Shown in pieces: positions 19,012-27,708 of a DNA stretch of 64,000 nucleotides. A model generated the notes under the pieces. That model searched no databases. It was not told the origin of the DNA and worked only from the letters and a program-made list of their open reading frames with translations. The translations under genes were made by a program, and so were the position numbers. This stretch comes from Candidatus Poribacteria bacterium (lineage in GTDB: Bacteria; Poribacteria; WGA-4E; WGA-3G), in the NCBI GenBank assembly GCA_965205015.1, contig OZ242029.1, positions 128,001 to 192,000 of the forward strand, written 5' to 3'. The number at the start of each line of letters is the position of its first letter. The first letter of the stretch is position 1.

Positions 19012-21204
19012 ATGGACAAAGACGATGTTCAGTTGATTCATAGTACCCTATCTGGCAACGATGAGGCGTTCAGCACCTTGGTCCAAAAATACCAAAAGAG
19101 TGTTCATGCCCTTGCGTGGCGGAAGATCGGTGATTTTCACTATGCTGAGGAAATTACGCAAGACACCTTCCTCCAAGCGTATAAGAAACTCTCAACACTC
19201 AAGAATCCCAATCAATTTGCGGGGTGGCTTTATGTCATCGCTGATCGACTGTGCGTAGATTGGCAGCGAAAGCAAAAACTCACGCCGCAATCACTGGGGG
19301 ACGCGTCCGTGAAAGCAATAGATAAGTTAACTTATGAACGTTATGTATTGGAACAGCGTGAGACAGAAGCAACTGAACGGCGTCGTGAAATCGTTAAGCA
19401 ACTTCTGGAGAAATTGCCAGAGAGCGAACGTACTGTGGTGACGCTCTACTATCTCGGCGAGATGACAACAAAGGAAATTAGCAAGTTCATGGGGGTATCG
19501 GTGAACACAATTACGAGTCGACTCCGACGGGCGCGAGAACGTTTACAAGCATCAGAAGAACTCTTGATTAACGAAACGCTTGGTGGTTTGCAATTGTCCG
19601 GTAACCTCCTTGAAAACATCATGCAGCAAGTTGCTGACATGAAACCGGTATCACCGCCAACTGGAAAACCGTTGCTTCCATGGGTGTCTTTCGGTGCAGC
19701 TGCGGTTTTGGTAATATTACTGCTCGGTGCAAGCAATCAATATCTTGCAAGATTCCAGCGCCCTTATAGTTTTGAGGCACACTCCGAACCCACGATTGAA
19801 ATCATTGAAGCAGCCGTTGTTCTGGATACCGACACGAGACCGGATATACGGAATCAAGTCGGACAGGCTACCCTCCCCGGTAAAAGCAGCGGTACCGGCT
19901 CACAGGTTGCTGAGGTGGTCTTAGCACCTAATGCATCAGAGGATTTTTCTAATCTGCTTACTTCTAATGCCACCCCTGAGGTGACACGCTTTACGCTGAG
20001 CAACGGTATCCGGGTTGTCAATCTTCACGTTGAGAATTCCACGGATGTCGGTATTTTCAGTTATTTGCCCCTTGGACTCGTCACTGATGGGAAAGCAAGG
20101 GCATATTGGAGCCATCTCGTTAATCACCTGACAGTCCGAACCGCAGGACCGATCGACTACAAAACGAGTAGTGCAGAGACAATGGCTGATAACATGCGCT
20201 TGGAGTTTCGGGGGAATACGGATACATGGCTGCAGGGTTTAGCACGACACGCGAAATGGCTTTCCGGACTCCCCTTTTCAGCAGAGAGTCTCGCTGAGGC
20301 AATTTCAAACGCTTTGTCCCAGTTTGATTATATTGAAAAAAACTTAGCAACGCATAAGTTGGCAAATGCGGCGTGGAACCAAGTCTTTCAGTATGGTGAA
20401 ACCGATATAGCGATACGCCAGGGTATTCAATCGGCACAACTCGGTGAACTCCAAGAATATCGCGATCTACATTTGGTCCAAGCAGATCGCGTCCTTTTGT
20501 GCGTCATTGGTGGTGTCGACCCGGAAACACTGAAAGAGACGCTGGAAAAACAACTCGGGACTATCAACTTAACCGAGAAGACACTTCCCCGTCCACGAGT
20601 ACCGCCTGAGATAGCAAAGGACCAAAACGCGACATGGGATGTCAATGTAACGCATTACATGGAAACCTATCCGATGCCTCGTTCTGAAAACAAAGACTAT
20701 CCAGCACTTTATGTCGCGAGTCTGCTTTGGCGGTTAGCCTGCATGCAGGACGCCCAATTGAAGGAATTGGTAGGGCACGTTTTCTGTGGTGTTGATCTCG
20801 TCACACCTGAACAGGTATACTTATACGTTAGTGTCTCCCTCAAGCCGGATACAGATATAGAAACGGTTAAGCAGCGGGTACGGCAGTTGATGACCCCGCT
20901 AAAACAACCGGAAAACAACACACAAGTTCCAATGATTGCCCAATCCCTTTCCAAGGAACTCAGTGCACCCCCGGACATGAAGACGCTCATGCAATATAAA
21001 CCTGAGAATGTGCCAGCGGGTCTGGTCCTCCTCCAGTTCGCTGTGAGTTGGGGAACAATGGAATACCAGTATGGTCATAATTTATCGAAACTTGCAAGTG
21101 CATTCGCCGATGTCTCCGCGGCTGATGTCGCCAGCGTCGTCAACCGATATCTAACTGAAGACCGTCGGATGACGTTAGTTCTCACACCCCGAGCATCGGA
21201 CTGA
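19012..21204 (+). CDS. ECF sigma factor fused via a TM helix to an M16 peptidase-like domain
   Basis: Sigma2 (AEEITQDTF, FAGWLYVIA), sigma4 (LPESERTVVTLYY...SRLRRARERL), TM (PWVSFGAAAVLVILLLG), then RFTLSNGIRV...SHLVNHL...VSAADVASVVNRYL. Confidence 0.88.
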   Translation: MDKDDVQLIHSTLSGNDEAFSTLVQKYQKSVHALAWRKIGDFHYAEEITQDTFLQAYKKLSTLKNPNQFAGWLYVIADRLCVDWQRKQKLTPQSLGDASVKAIDKLTYERYVLEQRETEATERRREIVKQLLEKLPESERTVVTLYYLGEMTTKEISKFMGVSVNTITSRLRRARERLQASEELLINETLGGLQLSGNLLENIMQQVADMKPVSPPTGKPLLPWVSFGAAAVLVILLLGASNQYLARFQRPYSFEAHSEPTIEIIEAAVVLDTDTRPDIRNQVGQATLPGKSSGTGSQVAEVVLAPNASEDFSNLLTSNATPEVTRFTLSNGIRVVNLHVENSTDVGIFSYLPLGLVTDGKARAYWSHLVNHLTVRTAGPIDYKTSSAETMADNMRLEFRGNTDTWLQGLARHAKWLSGLPFSAESLAEAISNALSQFDYIEKNLATHKLANAAWNQVFQYGETDIAIRQGIQSAQLGELQEYRDLHLVQADRVLLCVIGGVDPETLKETLEKQLGTINLTEKTLPRPRVPPEIAKDQNATWDVNVTHYMETYPMPRSENKDYPALYVASLLWRLACMQDAQLKELVGHVFCGVDLVTPEQVYLYVSVSLKPDTDIETVKQRVRQLMTPLKQPENNTQVPMIAQSLSKELSAPPDMKTLMQYKPENVPAGLVLLQFAVSWGTMEYQYGHNLSKLASAFADVSAADVASVVNRYLTEDRRMTLVLTPRASD

Positions 21205-21361
21205 TATGAAGTGTTGGGAGAAATCCAGTCGTTAGGGTAATTTAACGCATCACTATTTTTTCAGGACATCCCTGTAACCACTCCTGTTTCCCGAAAAAAT
21301 CCTTCCAAAAGTTCCAAACGCCTTTCAGGGATATCCCTATGTGTTTTCCCTCCACAACCGG

Positions 21362-21476
21362 GGTTTATCCTGCGTTCAGAACCCGATACCCGCAGAACGA
21401 CTTCTAAAAAATCCTGATTTAATTTATTTTTTTCAAATTATGCGAATTTCCTGTCCAAAGTTTCGTCTTTAATAAT
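21362..21476 (+). promoter_or_regulatory. conserved upstream element, copy 2, with putative ECF promoter (TGCGAA-17 nt-CGTCTT)
   Basis: Colinear similarity to 18047-18162. Confidence 0.55.
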
Positions 21477-21600
21477 AGAGGGTATGAACCCGACCGTCCT
21501 GCGTAATTTTACAAGATTCGGCATCTGATTAGGTCCTTTTGACGGATACGGACACGACCCAACTGTTTATTAGCCTCACTGTTTATTAGGAGAACACCTC

Positions 21601-24318
21601 GTGGAAAAAGAAAGCGATGCTCAACTCATTGAAAGAATATTATCAGGCGATGAAGCGGCGTTTGATGTCTTGGTTCACAGGCATCAGAAAAGTGTTCACG
21701 CCCTCGCGTGGCGGAAGATCGGCGATTTCCACGACGCCGAGGAGATTACACAAGATACGTTCCTTCAGGTTTACAAAAAACTCCCGACCCTCAAGGACCC
21801 TTATAAATTTGCTGGATGGTTGTATGTGATCGCAAATCGGCTCTGTATTGATCGGATGCGGCAGAAAAAACTTACGATACAATCGTTGGAGGACACACCT
21901 GTGGAAGAAGTTGAGAAATCCTCTTATACCCATCACGTATCGGAACAACAGCAGACAGAAATCATCGAGCGTCGCCGTGCCATCGTCAAAATACTTCTCG
22001 AAAAACTTCCAGAGAGTGAAAGGACAGTCATGACGCTTTTCTATCTTGGCGAAATGACAGTGAAAGAAATTAGCAAATTCTTGGGCGTTTCCGCAAGCGC
22101 GATTCATAATCGGCTGTATCGGGCACGAAAGCGGTTACAAGAGGAAGAAGCACGCCTCGTTCAAGAGGTCCTCGGTGGTGTGCAGATACCGGCGAGTGTC
22201 AGCCAAAACATTATGCAGCGGGTCGCTGACGTGAAACTCGCGCCGCAAACAACGCCAAAACCCGTTATGCCGTGGATCGCTTTCGGGACCGCTTTCCTTC
22301 TGCTTGCATTACTCCTTGGCACGAGCAATCAATACCTCACCCGTTTCCAGAAACCCTATAGTTTCGAGGCGACATCCGAACCGACCATTGCCATCATTGA
22401 CGCATCCATTGTTCTCGAGAGCGACGCGAAACCTGCCCTGCGAAACCAAGCAGGACAGGCGACGGTATTAGATAAAACAACCGGTGCCGGCTTACAAGGA
22501 TCTGAAACTGTCTCAACAACGGGACCGTCGGTGCGTCCAGAAAACGTTGACGCATGGATGCCGGATGAAAACCTACGTCGGGCTATCAAATCCGAACTCA
22601 AACTTGGTGATACTCCGCTGGAGATAGAACATCTCCAGCAACTGGAGACGCTGCTCAGTATTGAGGATGGTATAGAAAGTATTGTGGGCTTAGAGCACGC
22701 TGTCAATCTTAGGTTTCTACATATTGCGCCGAGCGATATCTCGGATCTCACACCGCTTGCGGGACTTGAGAATTTACGGGTCTTAAAGTTGTATAATAAT
22801 CGTATTTCGGATATAACGCCCCTTGCAGGATTGGTGAACTTGGAAGCCTTGCAATTGCAAGTCAACCAGATTTCAGATATCTCACCGCTCGCTGGACTTG
22901 TGGGACTACAGGAACTTAATCTGGGAGACAATCTGCTAACGGATATATCACAACTACAGGCGTTAGTGCCCCTCAAAACGTTGCGCCTCCGCGGAAATCA
23001 GATTCTCGACTTCACACCCTTATTGAATCTGACGAAGTTGGAATCTCTTGATATTCAACATAATTTAAATTCGGGGACAGATCAGTTTGTATCCGCAGAC
23101 CCTTCTATAATAGAGGCATTGCGAGTTACAATTTGTGACTTTGAACGTCCAACGTATACCCGTCCAGTAAAAGAAAGAATTGAGAATCGTGAATATCCAT
23201 CAGTTTTTGTGGGGTATTCGTTCACTTTTAGAAACAAAACGGATGTATCGCCGCTCGAACAGATTTTGCTTACGGATTTATCTTTCAACATTAGCCCATT
23301 GGAACCGTTATCACACTTAGATTTTGGTGAGACCGCTCTCGGTGTGGCGCGAATGGGAGATATTATAAATGCCAAACAACAGCATGCAGCCGTGCTGCGT
23401 GAAAATTCCAATAGGATATTCCTTGTAGAGATCGCCTACTTTGACGGCAGACGATTCGGATTCACAGAAGACTCACCCTATTGGTTGCGGAACTCGGATG
23501 GAACAATTGCACAGCGTCAATGGTCTCGTGATGCCCAAGGTAAAGTATACTCGGAGCCTTTAGTAGACTTTACACAGTCAGAAGTCCAAGAGCTGATTAT
23601 AGCCCAAGCCGTTGCGGTTGCCAAATGTGGGCTTTATGACGGTATCTCACTCAATCGCTGGCACAGGGATTTAGAAGACTATTTTCCAGAAGACATAGAA
23701 ATGGCAGCGCGTGACAAGATTCTACATGGGATACGGGCAGCTGTCCCAGAAGATTTTCTCATTACCGTTACGACCAAGGAGAAAATTCCGCGCTGGAAAG
23801 AATACATAAATGGCGTGTATGTGAAGACATCGCCTATGGAGGACAGAGCATTTTACACTGCTAAAGCGTATAGGGCGTATGAGGAAATGCTGCAGTGGTC
23901 CGAGGCACACCTTAGAGAACCACAGATAACGCTTTTAAGAGGCGAGGTTAAGGCATATATTGACCCAAGGTCATCCATTGCCCAACGACAAATGCGAGCC
24001 TTGACAACCTTAAGCCTTACGCATTCCGATGGCTATATCCTCATGAGTGGGACAATGCCACAACCAGAAGGTATATGGTACGACTTCTTTGATGCACCTT
24101 TGGGTCGACCGATTGGTGGCGACGAAACCAAAGGGCAGCTATACCGTGATCGCCACGGTCTCTTTATCCGTGAGTTCACCAATGGTTGGGCAGTCTATAA
24201 CCGCAGCGGGAAAGCACAGCAGATCCAACTCATAGAATCTGCGACCGGTGCCGCCAGTGGTATCACCAGCACATCACACACCGTCCCAGATTTAGACGGC
24301 GAGATTTTTGTAAAATAG
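21601..24318 (+). CDS. ECF sigma factor fused via a TM helix to internalin-type LRRs and a glycoside hydrolase-like domain
   Basis: GTG start with AGGAG RBS; same sigma+TM module as 19012; MPDENLR cap, ISDLTPLAGLxNL repeats; YWLRNSDG...DFT...GLYDGI...REFTNGWAVYN. Confidence 0.88.
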   Translation: MEKESDAQLIERILSGDEAAFDVLVHRHQKSVHALAWRKIGDFHDAEEITQDTFLQVYKKLPTLKDPYKFAGWLYVIANRLCIDRMRQKKLTIQSLEDTPVEEVEKSSYTHHVSEQQQTEIIERRRAIVKILLEKLPESERTVMTLFYLGEMTVKEISKFLGVSASAIHNRLYRARKRLQEEEARLVQEVLGGVQIPASVSQNIMQRVADVKLAPQTTPKPVMPWIAFGTAFLLLALLLGTSNQYLTRFQKPYSFEATSEPTIAIIDASIVLESDAKPALRNQAGQATVLDKTTGAGLQGSETVSTTGPSVRPENVDAWMPDENLRRAIKSELKLGDTPLEIEHLQQLETLLSIEDGIESIVGLEHAVNLRFLHIAPSDISDLTPLAGLENLRVLKLYNNRISDITPLAGLVNLEALQLQVNQISDISPLAGLVGLQELNLGDNLLTDISQLQALVPLKTLRLRGNQILDFTPLLNLTKLESLDIQHNLNSGTDQFVSADPSIIEALRVTICDFERPTYTRPVKERIENREYPSVFVGYSFTFRNKTDVSPLEQILLTDLSFNISPLEPLSHLDFGETALGVARMGDIINAKQQHAAVLRENSNRIFLVEIAYFDGRRFGFTEDSPYWLRNSDGTIAQRQWSRDAQGKVYSEPLVDFTQSEVQELIIAQAVAVAKCGLYDGISLNRWHRDLEDYFPEDIEMAARDKILHGIRAAVPEDFLITVTTKEKIPRWKEYINGVYVKTSPMEDRAFYTAKAYRAYEEMLQWSEAHLREPQITLLRGEVKAYIDPRSSIAQRQMRALTTLSLTHSDGYILMSGTMPQPEGIWYDFFDAPLGRPIGGDETKGQLYRDRHGLFIREFTNGWAVYNRSGKAQQIQLIESATGAASGITSTSHTVPDLDGEIFVK

Positions 24319-24395
24319 GCATATCGCTTGTGAATACCAATAGCGATGGAACGGTCAATGTCTTAGATCTCGTCGCTGTCGCAAACAGTTTCTAA
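24312..24395 (+). pseudogene. frameshifted dockerin-like tail of the 21601 sigma fusion
   Basis: The -1 frame reads KIGISLVNTNSDGTVNVLDLVAVANSF*, matching the dockerin repeats DVNADGQVSVLDLILVARHF in the 27709 protein. Confidence 0.7.
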
Positions 24396-24447
24396 CCCCA
24401 GAAAGACAAACCAATTTCTACTACTTAATAGGAAGAGAATACGCCCT

Positions 24448-27438
24448 ATGAAAATCAATGGATTCATATCTGCAATTATGTTGACCGGACTGCTACTGAT
24501 TGTCACACTCGGAGACATCACACACGCCCAAGACGAAGAAGTCTGGATGCCGGACCCGAATCTTCGGCAGACTGTCCGTGAAAAACTTGAATTCCCTGAC
24601 GGAATACCGATGCTTCCCGAAGATATGGCAGCATTAAGCCATCTGCTAATAATAGAACACAATATCAATATTGAGAGTTTAAGAGGACTTGAGTATGCCG
24701 TGAACCTTGAATTCGTACATATAGGTAGAGGTGAAGTGTCGGATTTGACACCACTGGCAGGGCTTGAGAACTTATCGGTCTTAAAGTTGTTTAGGAATCC
24801 TATTTCGGATATTTCACCTCTGGCAGGATTGATAGGGCTACGAGAACTTCATTTAGGGAATAGTTTGATCTCGGATTTGACGCCGCTGGCAAACTTACAG
24901 AACCTGAGAGTGCTAAGACTACAGGGCAACCAGATTTCAGATATTTTCCCCCTTGCGGGATTGACAGAACTACGAGAACTTATTTTACAGGGTAACGCCA
25001 TCTCGGATTTCACACCGCTTGTGAGTCTAACGAATTTGCAAACTCTTCATATCTATCCGAATCCGATTCCATTGGGGAACCAATTTATAGGTATAGACAC
25101 ATCACATCTTCAGGCAGCAGAAGAATATTTTATCTGTGAGAAACCAAGACCTTCCTATACAGCCCCTGTGGCAGAACGACTTAACAATCGCGACTATCCG
25201 TCTGTTTTTCTCACACATAAGAGAGCCAACTATGAAGAAGAACCGGATCCATTCAATCAGTTGGTTCACTACGATTTCTCTTTCATGTTCGAGCCGTTCT
25301 ATCCACTTGTTTATCCACATACCTCTAATTCTCCATTTGGGGGTATGATACGGACTGGGAGCCATGAAACTATAACACATCTCTCGCAAGTCCATAGGGA
25401 GGCGATCCGTGAGAACTCGAATATGATATTTATTGTTGAGATTGCATATTTCGATGGGCGTCGCTTCAATATTCCTGAAGACTCGCCTTATTGGTTCCGA
25501 AATCAGGACGGTTCGATAGCACATCGTGGTAACCAGTATCCTGAACCCCTTCTTAATTTTACACATCCCGATGTTATCGAAATGATAATTCAGCATGCAG
25601 TTGCGGTCGCAAAGTGTGGATTATACGATGGTATCTGGCTGGATCGTTGGCAGGAGTTGGAGGGCGATTTTCATGGTGAACTTAGGCATCTCGTACCGAA
25701 AGAAGATGAACTGAATGCGAGGCTCCAAATACTTCAAGGGATCCGGACAAATGTTCCAGAAGATTTTTTGATTATGGTCAATTCAAGGCAAGAACTTCCA
25801 CATTCTGCGCCGTATATTAATGGTGTTTTTATAGAAGCTCATGAGCCAAATCCAACCTACACACATAAAGCTTTGCATCATTTTGAGAAAGCAATAAAGT
25901 GGTATGAGTCGAACTTGAGAGAACCGACTTTTACACTTTTATGGGGTGAAGTTTATCATAAACCTCCAATAACCCAACAGACGGTGCGTCAGTTTACAAC
26001 GCTCAGCCTCACACATTCAGATGGGTATGTGAACGTGAGTTCAGGTGCGCCAGACATTAGCACCTACTGGTACGATTTCTGGGAGGCGCCACTCGGTAGA
26101 CCAATTGGTGGCGATGAAACTAAAGCGCAGTTGTATGAGGATCGCGAGGGGTTGTTTATTCGGGAATTTACCAACGGTTGGGCGGTGTATAATAGGTCTG
26201 GCACAGCACAAGAGATTGAGTTTTCGGAAGAAGTCTCCGGCTGGGACAGCGGGGTGGAACATCAACGCCTGCATACACTCCCCGATTTGGATGGTGAGAT
26301 TTATCTGAAAACCGTTGTGCAAGTCGCACCCGGAGAATACCCACCCCTCTATTGGATAGACGCAAAAACAGATACTCTCCAGAGACTTGTAGATACTGAA
26401 GTCAAAAACCTTATCTCAGAAGTCCAGAACGCAACCAGCCTCACCGTAGATGCCGCCGATGGAAAACTCTATTGGACAACGAAAACAAACGAAAACTGGG
26501 GGGAAATCTACCGCGCAAATCTCAACGGAACACCACGCAGCGAAGAACTTCGGGATTTATATGGGGTCCCCCTTGACATCACAGTGGACCCGCAGAGAAA
26601 GAAGCTTTATTGGATAGACACACTCAACAGAATTCAGCGTTCGGACCTGAATGCCCAAAATATCCAAAATATTCTCCGAGACCTTAACACACCTAAGCAC
26701 ATTACCTTAGATGTAGGACGTGGCAAACTTTATTGGACAGAAAAGACGAGCGATCAGACGAGCGAAATCCGAAGCGCCAATCTTGACGGTTCAAACGTCC
26801 AACGCGTCAAGGAGCTCACCAGTGTGCCTCGCGGTCTTACCATTGACGCTGTAAATGGTAAACTCTATTTGACGAACGCTGACGGGAAAGTCCAACGCCT
26901 CGATGTGGACGGTTCAAACTTCCAACCCGACCTTATCACAGACTTGGACGCGCCCGAGGAAGTGTCCGTAGACGTGGCAGATAGAAAAATCTACTGGACG
27001 GAGCGGACCAGCATCCGGCGGGCAGACTTCAATGGTGAAAATATTGAGGATGTCGTCACTGGTTTAGGGGAGCTCATAGGCATTGTCTTAGGGACTGTGC
27101 CAGCTGGCGCTCCAGCTGCGCCTGCAACTACTGGCATTCCATCCACCGCAACCGTGCTGCTTGCCAACTATCCGAACCCGTTCAACCCAGAGACGTGGAT
27201 ACCGTATCATTTGGCGAGCCCCAGTGATGTGCGGATTACCATCTATGACGCACGCGGCACCGTCATCCGACATTTGGATCTCGGACATCAACGTGAAGGC
27301 TACTACACGAGTCAGAGTCGCGCCGCCTATTGGGACGGCAGAAACGCTGTCGGCGAACGCGTTGCCAGTGGTGTTTATTTCTATCAACTACAGGCGGATA
27401 ATGTGTCGCTCCTGCGAAAGATGATCATCGTAAAATAG
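24448..27438 (+). CDS. secreted protein: LRR + glycoside hydrolase-like + LDL-receptor YWTD repeats + FlgD-Ig/T9SS-like C-terminal domain
   Basis: Signal peptide; LRRs; GKLYWT/KIYWTE repeats; LLANYPNPFNPETWIPY...WDGRN..GERVASGVYFYQL. Confidence 0.88.
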   Translation: MKINGFISAIMLTGLLLIVTLGDITHAQDEEVWMPDPNLRQTVREKLEFPDGIPMLPEDMAALSHLLIIEHNINIESLRGLEYAVNLEFVHIGRGEVSDLTPLAGLENLSVLKLFRNPISDISPLAGLIGLRELHLGNSLISDLTPLANLQNLRVLRLQGNQISDIFPLAGLTELRELILQGNAISDFTPLVSLTNLQTLHIYPNPIPLGNQFIGIDTSHLQAAEEYFICEKPRPSYTAPVAERLNNRDYPSVFLTHKRANYEEEPDPFNQLVHYDFSFMFEPFYPLVYPHTSNSPFGGMIRTGSHETITHLSQVHREAIRENSNMIFIVEIAYFDGRRFNIPEDSPYWFRNQDGSIAHRGNQYPEPLLNFTHPDVIEMIIQHAVAVAKCGLYDGIWLDRWQELEGDFHGELRHLVPKEDELNARLQILQGIRTNVPEDFLIMVNSRQELPHSAPYINGVFIEAHEPNPTYTHKALHHFEKAIKWYESNLREPTFTLLWGEVYHKPPITQQTVRQFTTLSLTHSDGYVNVSSGAPDISTYWYDFWEAPLGRPIGGDETKAQLYEDREGLFIREFTNGWAVYNRSGTAQEIEFSEEVSGWDSGVEHQRLHTLPDLDGEIYLKTVVQVAPGEYPPLYWIDAKTDTLQRLVDTEVKNLISEVQNATSLTVDAADGKLYWTTKTNENWGEIYRANLNGTPRSEELRDLYGVPLDITVDPQRKKLYWIDTLNRIQRSDLNAQNIQNILRDLNTPKHITLDVGRGKLYWTEKTSDQTSEIRSANLDGSNVQRVKELTSVPRGLTIDAVNGKLYLTNADGKVQRLDVDGSNFQPDLITDLDAPEEVSVDVADRKIYWTERTSIRRADFNGENIEDVVTGLGELIGIVLGTVPAGAPAAPATTGIPSTATVLLANYPNPFNPETWIPYHLASPSDVRITIYDARGTVIRHLDLGHQREGYYTSQSRAAYWDGRNAVGERVASGVYFYQLQADNVSLLRKMIIVK
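27166..27383 (+). repeat. ungapped ~218-bp high-identity repeat of the C-terminal domain coding sequence (partner 31573-31790)
   Basis: Long identical blocks, e.g. aactatccgaacccgttcaacccagagacgtggataccgtatca and agtcagagtcgcgccgcctattgggacggcagaaac. Confidence 0.85.
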
Positions 27439-27708
27439 TATCAAATGACCCAAAATTCGAGAAATTCGAGAGAATCCGCGATTCAGATAATGAACACGAA
27501 GCATTCCGTATTTCTGATGAATGCTGAGGTTATCAAAGCCTCCGATAACTTATAACGCAAGTTTTCATCTTTGTAGCATAATCTGGTAGATGGTGCCCTG
27601 AGAACGTCTATGTTTTTTCGAGTTTCCCCTTTAACAAAGCGTCATATCGTCAAAATTGTGTAAGTCCTATAGATTTTGAATCGAACCCTTAATACAAGGA
27701 GAAAATAC

